Source: Salinispira sp.
GTDB lineage: Bacteria > Spirochaetota > Spirochaetia > DSM-27196 > Salinispiraceae
DNA: 64,000 nt
Direction of reading: 5' to 3'
Assembly: GCA_965226555.1 (NCBI GenBank)
Contig: CBDDDG010000018.1
Location: forward strand, 42,548-106,547
Shown here: positions 1 through 10,874 of the stretch, piece after piece
Layout of the letters: each line of letters opens with the position of its first letter
Position numbering within the stretch: position 1 is the stretch's first letter
Notes under the pieces: generated by a model
Database searches by the model: none
What the model was told of the DNA's origin: nothing
The model's input: only the letters and a program-made list of their open reading frames with translations
Position numbers and translations under genes: made by a program

Positions 1-1446
1 CGGAACCTTCTGCGATTGCCCCTTCGATACTTCTAGGAAATAGCCAACAATACCGTTAAATTTAACCCTGAGATTCTGAATACCGCTATTCTCCCCCTCA
101 CTCTTCACATACTCATCAATGAGGTTCTGGCTGTTTTGTACGAGATGGCGCAAATGATCAACATCTGTACAAAAACCCTCATTAATAATGCCGCCTTCAG
201 TAAGTACAATCGGAGGATTATCAGTTACCGCGCGTGAAAGATGTTCGGCAGTATTTCTCAGAACGGGAATATCCTCGGTCGCGAATGTATCGACAAGCTC
301 ATTATTCCCAAGTAATTCATATACGCGCAGATAACCGGAAACAGTTCGCTGTATTGCGACAATGTCCCTGGGATTGGCTTTTTCCATACTGACCCGCATA
401 CACAACCGGGGAAGATCAAGAAGCACGGCGAGTATTTCCCTGCAGCCAGACAGAAGCAATTGATCGTGATAGAAAATGGAAACATGTTTCTGCCGCGTGG
501 TAATTTTCTCTCTGTGAATGAGAGGATAGAGCAGCCATTGCTTGAGCAAACGCTTACCCATTCCGCTCCTGGTCTGATCAATAGCAGCAAAGAGGCTTGC
601 TTCTCTTCCGTCTTCGGCAGGAACATGAAGTATTTCCAGATTTTTCTGACTACTGCTGTCAATGACTAAGTATTCCTGCACTCTGATAACACGCAAAGAG
701 TTAATATGCCGAATTTCTTTGCCGGTATTCATTTCAACATACTCAAGAAGAGGGCCAAGGGAATCCACATAGTGGCTATCCTTATCAAGACCGTAGGCCT
801 TAAGATTTGTGACTTTCATAATTCTGCAAAGGTTTTCCCATGACTTCGAATGTGTATAATTCCAATCGGGAAGGGAATTTACCGTTGTTGAATACTGGCT
901 GAACATCTCCTTGAGAGAAGAAGTAAGAAGGCTTTCCTGAATGAGCACTTCCTTGGGACGATACAGATGAAAATTGCCCTGTAATGATACTTCTTCTCCA
1001 ACACCCAATATAAGTTCTCCCGTGGATACATCGAGAAAAGATATACAGAATGATTCCCTGCCGCCGCGAAACCCGCAGATACTGGCAATGAAGTTATGTT
1101 CGCCTGTGCCGAGATATAATTCATCAATAACAGTTCCCGGAGTGAGAATTTCCACCACGACTCGCTCGGCGATACCCTTTTCGGGCACATACGTTTGTTC
1201 GCAAATAGCAACTTTTTTTCCCGCAGAAAGTAATCGGGGAACATAGGAAAGTACCGCATGGTGCGGAATACCGCACATGGGAATCCCGTGTCTCGCAGTG
1301 AGGGCAATACCGAGAATGGTACTTGCTTCCTTCGCATCAGTTTTGAACATTTCATAGAAATCGCCTAGGCGAAAGAACAGAATTGCATCGCGATTCTGAG
1401 ATTTTAGGCGATCATATTGCTGCATCATTGGAGTTGAAGCGGACAT
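1..1446 (-). CDS. mutS: DNA mismatch repair protein MutS, 5' part (runs off window start)
   Basis: Manual translation from ATG at 1446: MSASTPMMQQYDRLKSQNRDAILFFRLGDFYEMF, the MutS domain I signature. Not in the ORF track because it is open-ended. Confidence 0.95.
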   Translation of the reverse strand, partial: MSASTPMMQQYDRLKSQNRDAILFFRLGDFYEMFKTDAKEASTILGIALTARHGIPMCGIPHHAVLSYVPRLLSAGKKVAICEQTYVPEKGIAERVVVEILTPGTVIDELYLGTGEHNFIASICGFRGGRESFCISFLDVSTGELILGVGEEVSLQGNFHLYRPKEVLIQESLLTSSLKEMFSQYSTTVNSLPDWNYTHSKSWENLCRIMKVTNLKAYGLDKDSHYVDSLGPLLEYVEMNTGKEIRHINSLRVIRVQEYLVIDSSSQKNLEILHVPAEDGREASLFAAIDQTRSGMGKRLLKQWLLYPLIHREKITTRQKHVSIFYHDQLLLSGCREILAVLLDLPRLCMRVSMEKANPRDIVAIQRTVSGYLRVYELLGNNELVDTFATEDIPVLRNTAEHLSRAVTDNPPIVLTEGGIINEGFCTDVDHLRHLVQNSQNLIDEYVKSEGENSGIQNLRVKFNGIVGYFLEVSKGQSQKVP

Positions 1447-1489
1447 GATTTCAACTCATCACGAGAAACTTTTGCATTTTGCAAAACTT

Positions 1490-2008
1490 TCACGATGTTT
1501 CTCGGAGACGATCAAGTACAAGATCAGTAATATCTACTTCCTGACTCCACCAGATGAGTTTTTCATCGTTTGCTGAAATAACAATAGTAAAACCGCTGGA
1601 TTCGGCAACATAACTAATTGCAGCCTGAAGTTGATTGAGAAAGGATTCCGAACTTCTGAAATTATTCTGCCGGACCTGAAGTTGATTCTGTTTGATTCTC
1701 TGAAATTCCTGAATAAACTGAAGCATGGAGAAAATTTCGTTATCGAGACGCAGGGCCTCACTCTGCAGGCCTGCGCTTTCAGCTTCCAGTTTCTGTTGCT
1801 GAAGTTGTCTGAGTTCTGCCACATGCTGATCAAGCTCCCGTTGAATTGATGCTTTGAAATTTTCAAGACTACGCACGGCAGCTGAATCTGAAAAGAATGC
1901 GCTATAGATCGCATTTATATCGACAACACCAACAGTTGTTAATTGTTCGGCTGCAAGAGCAGAACTTATCAATAATAACAGTATTGGGAGTGTGCGTAAT
2001 TTTGACAT
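1490..2008 (-). CDS. skp: OmpH/Skp family periplasmic chaperone
   Basis: Signal peptide, VGVVDINAI start, coiled-coil middle, VDITDLVL end; lies directly downstream of bamA. Confidence 0.85.
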   Translation of the reverse strand: MSKLRTLPILLLLISSALAAEQLTTVGVVDINAIYSAFFSDSAAVRSLENFKASIQRELDQHVAELRQLQQQKLEAESAGLQSEALRLDNEIFSMLQFIQEFQRIKQNQLQVRQNNFRSSESFLNQLQAAISYVAESSGFTIVISANDEKLIWWSQEVDITDLVLDRLRETS

Positions 2009-2059
2009 ATAATCCTCCTGGAAATTTTTGCTACTGAAAATTTTGCTCTGCGAAATTTT

Positions 2060-4696
2060 CTAATATATACTGATTGCGAAAATAAGATCGAGCCCCGCAG
2101 TTTTATCAGGTGAACCTTTGGCTGTATTTCCCTGCTGCCACTCAACCTGATCATTGACAATTTTGAAACGCTTACCAAGATAAATACGAAAGGGAAACTG
2201 CTGAATAGTAAAACGGAATCCCGCGCCAAAACCGAATAGCCAATTATCGGAGCCCGGGGCAAATATTTCCCGATCCTCGGTTATTCTGACCGCTTCGGCA
2301 TACATATCGAACCATAATACCCTTTCAGCCAAAGGCATTCTCAGTTCAACCCAACTGTTAAACAGGGCCTCACCGCCAGTGCGCAGAGGCCACCCTCTGG
2401 CAACATTCATACTATTTGTTGACAGAAATGATCCCGCTGCCTCAAACGGCTGCGAATCCTCATACACAAAGAACTGCTCCAACAGAAATGAGAGGCTTAT
2501 ATTGGCAGCCAGCACCATCCTCCAACTCCATTCGGGGCTGACATCGACATTAAAAAGCGTAAGGTAGCCCTGCAGGGTCGTGTCTGTGCGTATATAATTT
2601 CTCGCCCCCCCGAGGAAACCGCCGACATACCCTATGGACTGTTCGACATAATATCCATTCTGCGGATTAAATATCACATCTCGCCCATCCATGCTTAAAC
2701 GCAGATACAAGCTATTAATCATTCGTAATACACCAAGATTTTCCCTGACACTATATTCAAAGGGGCGATTTTGGTTTTCATCATACTCAACAATGTTAAA
2801 GCCGATTGATAATGTGGAGCTAATTCCAAACCACCCAACTGATGAAGGAATCCGCAGTCCGGTGGAAATGCGCGGGGCAATAGTCCACTGTACGTACTCC
2901 ATCTTATAATCGCTGGCAATGTCGCTGTTGTTTCCGCCCTTAAGCCTGAAAAAATCGTAATCGGTAACAAGGTCATACATTTCAATATCAGTATCAGTCG
3001 GAACACCGGGAACTGGCTCTCCAGCTTCATATTCCTTCCCATCCTTGTAGGTGGTTTTCACACTAAAAACATAGTACCCTTGGAAGGGGTCAGGAACAAT
3101 AACAGGGTCGTCTTTATGAAAAATCGGATGCATGATGTCCTGAAGTTCCTGGGTCTGAACATTACGGCTCAGAGTAATGCCAATTCCTCCCGACCAACGA
3201 TCGCCGAATAGCCACGGATCAAAAAAACTGAATTGAAGGCTTTGTTCATATTGACTGATATTGAGTTCCGCTTCAATTGTCTGCCCATTCCCCAGAAAAT
3301 TGCTGTCTCCCCATCTGACAATTCCTGCTATGGGAATTTCAGCGCTTCCGCCAACAGAGAACCCCAGCCGGAGGTCAGTTGTTTGCCCTTCTTCAAGATT
3401 GATAACAAGATTCATAAGACCCGGCACCGATCCCTGGGGGGTTTCAATGGCAGGCACATCGGCAAAAAATTGTGTGTTATAGAGGTTTGCAATACCTTCC
3501 CGAATTCTGCCCGCTGAAAAGACATCACCTTCTTCAAACTGAAGCTCACGCAGAATGACATCATCCCTTGTTTTGGTATTACCGCGAATAATAATATTTT
3601 CGATGTGCGCCCGCCCGCTTTCTGTTATCTGTACGGTGAAATTAATCTGCTGCTGCGCCTCATCCCGTTCCTCTTCCAGTTGTATCTGGTTGAATATGTA
3701 TCCGCCCTGAAAATAGAGGTCGCTTACCGCTTGAAATCCCTGCTGCAATAGGGAAAAATTGAGAACCCGCCCTTCTTCGAGAAAGAAACGCGAACGCAAT
3801 TCATCATCTGAAAAAATATTGTTGCCCGAAAAATTTATTCCGCCGAAGATCCATGGGATTCCCTCATCAATAAAATAGGTAAGTCTGAGAAATCTTCGTT
3901 CGCTTGTCTGATCTTCTACAAGTTCCTGCGCTATATCAAGAACCTGAGCATCAATATAACCGGATTCTCCATAAAAATTCAGAATTGCCTGACGGTCAAG
4001 TTCAAAATTTGATTCCTGAAAAACACCTGAATCGAAAAGTCCCTGCTGTTTACTTATTATGATCGCTCTGAGCTGATTCTCTGTCGCAAAATTTATGCCG
4101 CTGAAAACAATGCTGCGGATATTGGTCTGAATTCCTTCGGTAATGAAAAATGACAGTACCTGACTATTATCTGTATCCGAATCTTCCAGTTGGAAAGAAA
4201 TTGAAACATCAGGATACCCATTTTCTTTATAGAGGGTAATAAGTGTTTCCTGATCAGCGCGAATTTTTGATTGCACAGGCACATCACCAACCCGCAGCAG
4301 AATTTCATCGAAAAGGGTGCTGCGGCGTAATTGCCGGTTGCCGGAAAATTCAATGGCAGAAATTATCGGACGCTCTTCTACCGTAAATTTCAGTATGAGT
4401 TCATCACGAGCTTCGTTTCCCGGAACTGCCTCAGGAATTATGAGATCAAAGTATTCCAGATTATAGAGACGACGCTGTATCTCATTCAAAAGTTCATCGG
4501 TAAAAATACCGTTAATGAAGGGCTCAACAATGCCCTGCAGATCATTCTCTGAAACATTTGTTAATCCTTCAAATTGAATATCAATAATAGGAATGTTGAA
4601 ATACCAGTCTTCATCTGTCTGGGCATAAAGTCCCATGGAAACTACTAACAGGATAATTATATATACGTGCTTGCTCACTGTGGCCCCTGTAATCAT
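2060..4696 (-). CDS. bamA: Outer membrane protein assembly factor BamA
   Basis: 878 aa; POTRA repeats (IEFSGN, IIIRGNTKTRDDVILREL), beta-barrel C-terminus ending in an aromatic residue. Confidence 0.93.
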   Translation of the reverse strand: MITGATVSKHVYIIILLVVSMGLYAQTDEDWYFNIPIIDIQFEGLTNVSENDLQGIVEPFINGIFTDELLNEIQRRLYNLEYFDLIIPEAVPGNEARDELILKFTVEERPIISAIEFSGNRQLRRSTLFDEILLRVGDVPVQSKIRADQETLITLYKENGYPDVSISFQLEDSDTDNSQVLSFFITEGIQTNIRSIVFSGINFATENQLRAIIISKQQGLFDSGVFQESNFELDRQAILNFYGESGYIDAQVLDIAQELVEDQTSERRFLRLTYFIDEGIPWIFGGINFSGNNIFSDDELRSRFFLEEGRVLNFSLLQQGFQAVSDLYFQGGYIFNQIQLEEERDEAQQQINFTVQITESGRAHIENIIIRGNTKTRDDVILRELQFEEGDVFSAGRIREGIANLYNTQFFADVPAIETPQGSVPGLMNLVINLEEGQTTDLRLGFSVGGSAEIPIAGIVRWGDSNFLGNGQTIEAELNISQYEQSLQFSFFDPWLFGDRWSGGIGITLSRNVQTQELQDIMHPIFHKDDPVIVPDPFQGYYVFSVKTTYKDGKEYEAGEPVPGVPTDTDIEMYDLVTDYDFFRLKGGNNSDIASDYKMEYVQWTIAPRISTGLRIPSSVGWFGISSTLSIGFNIVEYDENQNRPFEYSVRENLGVLRMINSLYLRLSMDGRDVIFNPQNGYYVEQSIGYVGGFLGGARNYIRTDTTLQGYLTLFNVDVSPEWSWRMVLAANISLSFLLEQFFVYEDSQPFEAAGSFLSTNSMNVARGWPLRTGGEALFNSWVELRMPLAERVLWFDMYAEAVRITEDREIFAPGSDNWLFGFGAGFRFTIQQFPFRIYLGKRFKIVNDQVEWQQGNTAKGSPDKTAGLDLIFAISIY

Positions 4697-4735
4697 ATTC
4701 CTGTCAGCATATCACAAAAATAATTTCTTTTTTAT

Positions 4736-7700
4736 CTATTCAAAGAAAAAATCTCGTATAAAGGTAATGCGGTGACCCCTTACCGATAATGTTTCAGGGT
4801 CATCCAGAATTGCCCAGGACCAGTTAAGCGTAAATATCGGAGTTTCAAATTCAAGCCGTATTTCAGGGTATATGGTCAACCCAATTTGATCATCAACAGC
4901 GCGGTCAAAGGTATCGCTTTCTTCAAGTTGGATACTTCCCTCAAAGAAAATGTCATCTCCAAGGTAACGACCGATCCGAAGGGTAGTATTATCAAGATAT
5001 TCACCGAGGGAAACCGGATCGGCAGTGGAAGCTAATGGGTTATCAACTGCGCGCTCAATAATATTCTGTACCAGACCGAAACGTAGAGAAAGTACATCCA
5101 AATTAAGCGTTTGACGCAGTTCATTTTCAAGATCATTCAGTAAGCGAATTTGTCCGAGCAGTTGCGTACCCGATGCCAGAGCACTGCCAAGATCGATAAC
5201 ATTGTCATCTTCCTCATTACCCACTATTTTTCCACCGAGTAAAAAAACGAGATCTTCCTGAGATCGTATGGGATCAGAGCTGAAAATTGGCTGTAATTGA
5301 GAAATGTTGTCATCTTCAATATCCAGATATATGCGGATGGGATCTCCTCCAATGATACTTTTGAATTCCCCATTGATATTAACGAGGGGATCAAATTTCT
5401 TGGTTTCATTCTCATTAAATGAAATATTCCCCTGGCGTATATTGAAATCCTGTTCAAAATAAAATAGTTCTCCGCCGCTGATGGCAACTCCTCCCTTTAA
5501 ATTATACCATCCTTCAATGTTGGAATACGAAAAATTGATGCTCTCACCGCTGACTGCAAAGCTCCTGAAGATAGGCAGATCTCTTGTCGGCCAATAAAAT
5601 TCCACTCCGCGTCCTGTTATTATCTCTAACTGAACCGTAACCGGCACCGGATTATTCTGAGCCTGGGCCTGGGCGGCTGCCTGCCTTCTTCGAGCAATAT
5701 CGCTGATGGTTACGCCAGTAGCATGCGCGACTATGCTCCCTGCCATATCGGCTCCGCCTGTTAAAAAATCAATGTCCAGTTCAAGCATACCGCTTACCCA
5801 TCCGTCTACTGCCACAGAATTAAAATCGTATACGATTGGAACATTGCCTTCTTCAGTGTCTATGGACAGTTTGAGTTCCGACGGAATCCAATGATCAAGG
5901 ACTAACCCGCCCTGTATTACGGCGCGGCCTTCTCCAGCTTCGACAAGAAACGGAGGAAGTTGAATGGACTGTTCTTCGAGAATCATAACGGCAGACGAGG
6001 CCCGCAGCGGCTGGGGAATGAGCGCAAGATTTCCTCTAATGTCTTCAAGAAAAATTGTTCCGTAAAAGTTTGGATCAACAACATTTCCCTGTATCCGCAT
6101 ACTCCCTCCCATGTTCCCGTTCCGCAATGCGATAATATCAAGATCGAGCACGACAGTTTCAGGGGCAATTTTGAGCTGCAACAGAGTTGCGTCAATTATT
6201 CCCTTTTCAAGAAAACCCTCTGCGGTGAAAGTTATCGGGAGGGGGTCGCTGAGTTCCAGCTCAAAGCTTCCATCGGAATACATGACCCCTCTAATATGGT
6301 TGGGGGCATAAGTGGGTCCGCCATTGATAGTGAGGTTATCGTTAAATTCCTGCAGATAAAGCTTCCAGATTTCTGCAGGACTGCCTTCTTCATCGATGAC
6401 AGTGAATGTGACGGAGCCATCGGCTTCATTCCAGTAATCGGAAAGTAAGCGTGGAGGACTGGCGGAAATAGAATTCACAAAACCCGGCAACAGTATGTTT
6501 ATATCCACTTCGTGAGTAAGGCGCTTACTTCCTCCAAGGTCAGTTAAAAAGAGATCTGTTTCTGCGCTCAGGGTATTTTCCGGTAGGTCATAGGCCGCAG
6601 TGATATTCCGCGCCCCCACTGTGCTCAGTTCAAATCTACTGTTCTCAAAATACAGTATTTCATTCTGCAGAAACCCTTCGAGCTCCACATTCAGCGCTTC
6701 ATCCTGCAATCGCACATTAAGGGTTTGGAGATTAAAATTCAGCAGTTCGTCCTCATCGGAGCGGGTATACACAATTTCGGTATTAAGCAGACCGGTAATA
6801 TCTGCTATTCCAAGGCGTCTGGTAGTAAAGTTCTCAATAGTGATCGTAGAGGATACCAGACCCTCCAGCATTGAAAATTCAGCTTGAGCAGCATAGGACT
6901 CCAGATCATTGCGCATTGCCGTTTCCAGCACAACAGCATCTTTCTCTTCATTCATTGAAATAGTACCGCTTCCCGAAAGTAATGAAATCGCATCGTTATA
7001 GGTCACACTGCTTATCTGAATGTCTTCTTCGAGTGATCCTGATATCTTCATAAAGAGCGAACTGTCTCCCGTACTCTCAAGAAATTGTATATTCCCAAAC
7101 GAAAGCCGGGGGATATCAATAACTGATGCGGCAATGTTATTCGTATCAACATTGATGTCACCTGCCCCGGAGAACCATGCCTCCGATCCCAGCGCAGGGA
7201 GGGGGAAATAACCAAGTGAAAAACGGAGTTCTACTATGTTTCCTGCCTGCCGCAATTCCACGTTGCTCTGATAGCTTCCAGCCACAAATATTTCATTACG
7301 ATTCGGAAAAATATAAATTGCAGCCGAATAGGGAAAGGAATTTATCATGCTGTCCAGTTCCAACTGAAAACGTGTGGACTTGCGGAAATCACCGCTTCCC
7401 GAGACCTGAATATCCTGACCGCCGTAGGTAATATCCAGACGCGGCAGTGAGAATATACCATTATCGTATACGGCATTGAGCCGTAACTGAGGAATATCAG
7501 AAGCCGGACTGCGCACCTGAAAATCCTGAACAGTAATTATGGTATCAATTGTATCGTGCAGGACTATCTGCGAACTGACGGCCGCTGTGATACGCGAATG
7601 TGCCATTTCATCGAATAGCCCTAAGGCAGCGCCGTCAGCGACAGAGGCAGCGCCGTCAGCGACAGAGGCAGCGCCGTCAGCAACAGAGGCAGCGCCGTCA

Positions 7701-9436
7701 GCAACAGCAGGTATTATGCTGCCTATTTCTCCTGAAAACAGATCGGCAAGACTCCTTTCCCGCAGCTCCTGTAGTTCCTGAGGCGCCCGAGATTCTGGAG
7801 TGAGAACAGTTAGTATCATATCGCTCACTTCCCCAAGGGGAAGATCATTGAGGTAAAGTTCAATATCAATTTTCTCTGGAACCAGCGGATTTCCAGAAGT
7901 AAGCACCTGAGCGCTTGCCAATATTTCTCCCTCACCGCTTATAAGCCCTCCGCGAATATCAACATCAATACTATCAGGATCAAAGGCGCTGCGTATTTCC
8001 GTTTCACCCAAGGAAATGCCAAGAATTGTACTGTCAAAAAGCCTCATATCTGCGTTTCGATCGTCAATAGCTACGGTAAACTGTGTTTCAAATTTAGGCA
8101 GACCAAGAATACTCTTACTGATAACATTTCCTGAAAAATCGAGCATCCGGCTTTGAACATTGCCGCCGCCCTGAAAATTCAGATTGTCTCCTTCCATACT
8201 GCCGATATGAAATTTCTTTACATCAATAATCTGTTCTGAATAATCAAACTGAATGTGTGTATTGATCCTTGCGCCGATGTCTGAAAGCACTGTTTCTGTT
8301 TTAATATCCATTTCCGAATACAGGGGCTGGAATAAACTATCAAGTTCCAGAATAATATCTGCAGTAACAATGGAATCCAGAACATACTCATATTGCTGAT
8401 ACTCCTCCTCAAGCCGTATCAACTCTGAGGGTTTCCATTCTGATGAAACAAAGGTAATCATAAGCGGACTGGGCGGGCTAAGCGGGCTGTCTTCGGAAAT
8501 ATCCCTGCCGCGTAGGTATCCGGCAGTATCGTATACAAGCTCAGCCGCAAAGAGATCTCTGAAAATTTCCAGAGTGAGCGTATTCTGTTCATGCTGGAGA
8601 TAAAGATCGAATGAATCAATATCAAAAACATTGGAATTGATATCACTGCTGATTACGTGTAATTGTAATACCCCTTCTTCTATAATCTGTGAAATAGTTA
8701 ACACATCGGGAAGGGTCAAACTTCCTTTAATGTTGGTATTACCGCGTAATTCAAACAATCCTGTATCGGAAATTGTTGAAGAAGCAGTAACTGTACTATT
8801 ATTTACAAGATCAAATTCTACATATCGCCCCCGTACCCAAAGCATTCCCCGGGAAATCATACTTTCAACGGAAATATCGTCCGTATATGAACGGAGTTCA
8901 AAATTTTGTATGTGCAGTTCCAGATTATCGGATAAAAATGAGAATATGCCTTCCGAATTGTCTTCACCGGCATCTGTGGTTCCGACTGAAAGATTGGCAT
9001 GAAAAAGATTATCAGAAAATAGCGCTCCGCCCCGAGCTTCGACCAGCCTGGGGGCTTTAAAAATATCGCCGCGAAAAATGTCACCAATGTTATAGTACAG
9101 AATAATACGGTCAAGAATGAGAATTGGTTCACCGGTTTCATTCTCAATTTTCAAATCCCGAATTTCAATGAAATTAAAAATTGATGGATGAATGGATGAA
9201 AATGTAATGGAACCATTCAGATTTTCCTCAAGCGCCTGAAGAATAGTATATTTCAGATTCTGTATGTGCCCACTTAATTGCCGTTGCAGAGGAAAAAAGA
9301 CGAGCAGGGTCAGGGCAATGAAAATTATGATAAAGGTCAGCTGCAATATGGCAATAAAATAAGAAGATTTCACACATAACCTCTGTTTTCCGCAATGTAT
9401 TTGCAATGATCTCGTGGAAAGTTTTGCATTTTGCAA
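4736..9436 (-). CDS. tamB: TamB/DUF490-like translocation-assembly protein (true start probably GTG 9373)
   Basis: About 1550 aa, N-terminal TM helix, beta-rich body, DUF490-like C-terminus (FDPLVNI..SSDP..IGRYL); upstream of bamA as in spirochaetes. Confidence 0.75.
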   Translation of the reverse strand: MQNAKLSTRSLQIHCGKQRLCVKSSYFIAILQLTFIIIFIALTLLVFFPLQRQLSGHIQNLKYTILQALEENLNGSITFSSIHPSIFNFIEIRDLKIENETGEPILILDRIILYYNIGDIFRGDIFKAPRLVEARGGALFSDNLFHANLSVGTTDAGEDNSEGIFSFLSDNLELHIQNFELRSYTDDISVESMISRGMLWVRGRYVEFDLVNNSTVTASSTISDTGLFELRGNTNIKGSLTLPDVLTISQIIEEGVLQLHVISSDINSNVFDIDSFDLYLQHEQNTLTLEIFRDLFAAELVYDTAGYLRGRDISEDSPLSPPSPLMITFVSSEWKPSELIRLEEEYQQYEYVLDSIVTADIILELDSLFQPLYSEMDIKTETVLSDIGARINTHIQFDYSEQIIDVKKFHIGSMEGDNLNFQGGGNVQSRMLDFSGNVISKSILGLPKFETQFTVAIDDRNADMRLFDSTILGISLGETEIRSAFDPDSIDVDIRGGLISGEGEILASAQVLTSGNPLVPEKIDIELYLNDLPLGEVSDMILTVLTPESRAPQELQELRERSLADLFSGEIGSIIPAVADGAASVADGAASVADGAASVADGAALGLFDEMAHSRITAAVSSQIVLHDTIDTIITVQDFQVRSPASDIPQLRLNAVYDNGIFSLPRLDITYGGQDIQVSGSGDFRKSTRFQLELDSMINSFPYSAAIYIFPNRNEIFVAGSYQSNVELRQAGNIVELRFSLGYFPLPALGSEAWFSGAGDINVDTNNIAASVIDIPRLSFGNIQFLESTGDSSLFMKISGSLEEDIQISSVTYNDAISLLSGSGTISMNEEKDAVVLETAMRNDLESYAAQAEFSMLEGLVSSTITIENFTTRRLGIADITGLLNTEIVYTRSDEDELLNFNLQTLNVRLQDEALNVELEGFLQNEILYFENSRFELSTVGARNITAAYDLPENTLSAETDLFLTDLGGSKRLTHEVDINILLPGFVNSISASPPRLLSDYWNEADGSVTFTVIDEEGSPAEIWKLYLQEFNDNLTINGGPTYAPNHIRGVMYSDGSFELELSDPLPITFTAEGFLEKGIIDATLLQLKIAPETVVLDLDIIALRNGNMGGSMRIQGNVVDPNFYGTIFLEDIRGNLALIPQPLRASSAVMILEEQSIQLPPFLVEAGEGRAVIQGGLVLDHWIPSELKLSIDTEEGNVPIVYDFNSVAVDGWVSGMLELDIDFLTGGADMAGSIVAHATGVTISDIARRRQAAAQAQAQNNPVPVTVQLEIITGRGVEFYWPTRDLPIFRSFAVSGESINFSYSNIEGWYNLKGGVAISGGELFYFEQDFNIRQGNISFNENETKKFDPLVNINGEFKSIIGGDPIRIYLDIEDDNISQLQPIFSSDPIRSQEDLVFLLGGKIVGNEEDDNVIDLGSALASGTQLLGQIRLLNDLENELRQTLNLDVLSLRFGLVQNIIERAVDNPLASTADPVSLGEYLDNTTLRIGRYLGDDIFFEGSIQLEESDTFDRAVDDQIGLTIYPEIRLEFETPIFTLNWSWAILDDPETLSVRGHRITFIRDFFFE
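7625..7705. repeat. In-frame 21-bp tandem repeat (about 4 copies, encodes GAASVAD) in tamB
   Basis: Unit ggcagcgccgtcagc(g/a)acaga repeated. Confidence 0.95.
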
Positions 9437-9467
9437 AACTTTCTGATAGAAATAATAAAGGAAATTT

Positions 9468-10142
9468 ATGCATAAAGCAAAAGTTTCCGATGGAAAAGAT
9501 TTTCATATGTTCGCTAACAGTAAAATATTGAAGAATTTTATCATTCTTGAGGGACTCGACGGTTCCGGCACCACAACCCAGCAAACAATACTCAAAAACT
9601 TTCTTCAGGAAAAGGACATCCCTTATCACCTGACATCAGAACCTACAACCTTTAGTATCGGCAGGTTAATTAGAAACATTCTCTCAACACGGGAACATGC
9701 GGAAAAATCAACATTAGCCTATCTTTTCGCGGCAGACCGTAATGAACATCTCCATGCCGGCGGCGGTATGATTGAAATGTGCAATAAAAACCGGCTTGTT
9801 ATATGTGACCGCTACATCTTCTCATCCCTTGCCTATCAGGGCTGCGATCTCGGTATGGAATATGTATGGGAACTCAACAAAAATTTCCCCCTGCCTGAGA
9901 TACTCTTTTATATAGATATTGATCCTCTCCAGGCTGAAAACCGCTATGCTTCACGTTCGGAACTGGAGATATATGAAAAAAAAGAGACTCAGAAAGATGT
10001 TCGGGAAAATTACAATGTTATACTCACCGAGCTGGAAAAAACCCCTGTTCAATTGTACCGCATAGATGCGACACTCTCAATTGAAAAAATTTCCGCGGAA
10101 ATATGGGCAAAGCTTTCAAATCTTCCGATAGTCAAAGGGTGA
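9468..10142 (+). CDS. tmk: Thymidylate kinase (start may be 9507)
   Basis: FIILEGLDGSGTTTQ P-loop, EPT, LFAADR and CDRYIFSSLAYQG motifs. Confidence 0.93.
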   Translation: MHKAKVSDGKDFHMFANSKILKNFIILEGLDGSGTTTQQTILKNFLQEKDIPYHLTSEPTTFSIGRLIRNILSTREHAEKSTLAYLFAADRNEHLHAGGGMIEMCNKNRLVICDRYIFSSLAYQGCDLGMEYVWELNKNFPLPEILFYIDIDPLQAENRYASRSELEIYEKKETQKDVRENYNVILTELEKTPVQLYRIDATLSIEKISAEIWAKLSNLPIVKG

Positions 10143-10759
10143 AGAATACACAGAATTATATACGAATTCCGATAATATTATGTGTGATCCTCTTCCTGAT
10201 CTCTCCCCCTCTCTCCGCCTACCGCCTCATATATCGGGAACAGCTTTATTCGCTGCATCATCGACAACTACACAACTACCCTCTTGATATCGCTGAAAAC
10301 ATACATTGGCTTGAACTGGCGCTTCGCTCCGATTTTGCCAATCCTCTCTATGCCCTCGCCCGTATCGATAACGAGCTTGAATGGGCAAAATATCGGGAAC
10401 TATTCACACTTCATATACACCTTAAGCTGACTGAATTGTATCTTTTATGGGCAGGCAGATATTATAAATTTAATGTATATTTTTATAATTATCCATGGCA
10501 GAAGGAAAACTTAGAGAGCATGGAAACATCTGCATTACTTCTGAACCAGGCCCTGCTCTATTGGAATGAGGCATTGCAATATGCGGAACGGGCTGCTGAA
10601 TATCCATGGATATACATTGAGGAACAACAATTCTGGGAAGATGAATTGTTCCGAATTCAAAACAATGAACTTAATTACAAGGAAATTATTGATAAGCATC
10701 TCGCAGGTCTCTATGAAGCCCGTTCTGCCTTCGAAAATATGGATGAGGGCACCTATTAA
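10103..10759 (+). CDS. Conserved spirochaete-type hypothetical exported protein
   Basis: 218 aa, signal-like hydrophobic segment, helical; lies between tmk and rny. Confidence 0.7.
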   Translation: MGKAFKSSDSQRVKNTQNYIRIPIILCVILFLISPPLSAYRLIYREQLYSLHHRQLHNYPLDIAENIHWLELALRSDFANPLYALARIDNELEWAKYRELFTLHIHLKLTELYLLWAGRYYKFNVYFYNYPWQKENLESMETSALLLNQALLYWNEALQYAERAAEYPWIYIEEQQFWEDELFRIQNNELNYKEIIDKHLAGLYEARSAFENMDEGTY

Positions 10760-10823
10760 ATAGCGCCTGGCTGCAGGGGAAATTGATAGCGAAGCAGGAT
10801 TTCGCAGATTTCTCAGGATTGGC

Positions 10824-10852
10824 TTGACAAAAGATAATGCAGAAACTATAGT
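10824..10852 (+). promoter_or_regulatory. Sigma70 promoter of rny operon
   Basis: TTGACA-17 bp-TATAGT, followed by GGAGGT SD. Confidence 0.75.
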
Positions 10853-10874
10853 AGAAACATATTGGAGGTAAGGT

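Noticed and set aside
258..1355. Short ORFs in the track (134, 158, 90 aa)
   Set aside because: Shadow frames over mutS.
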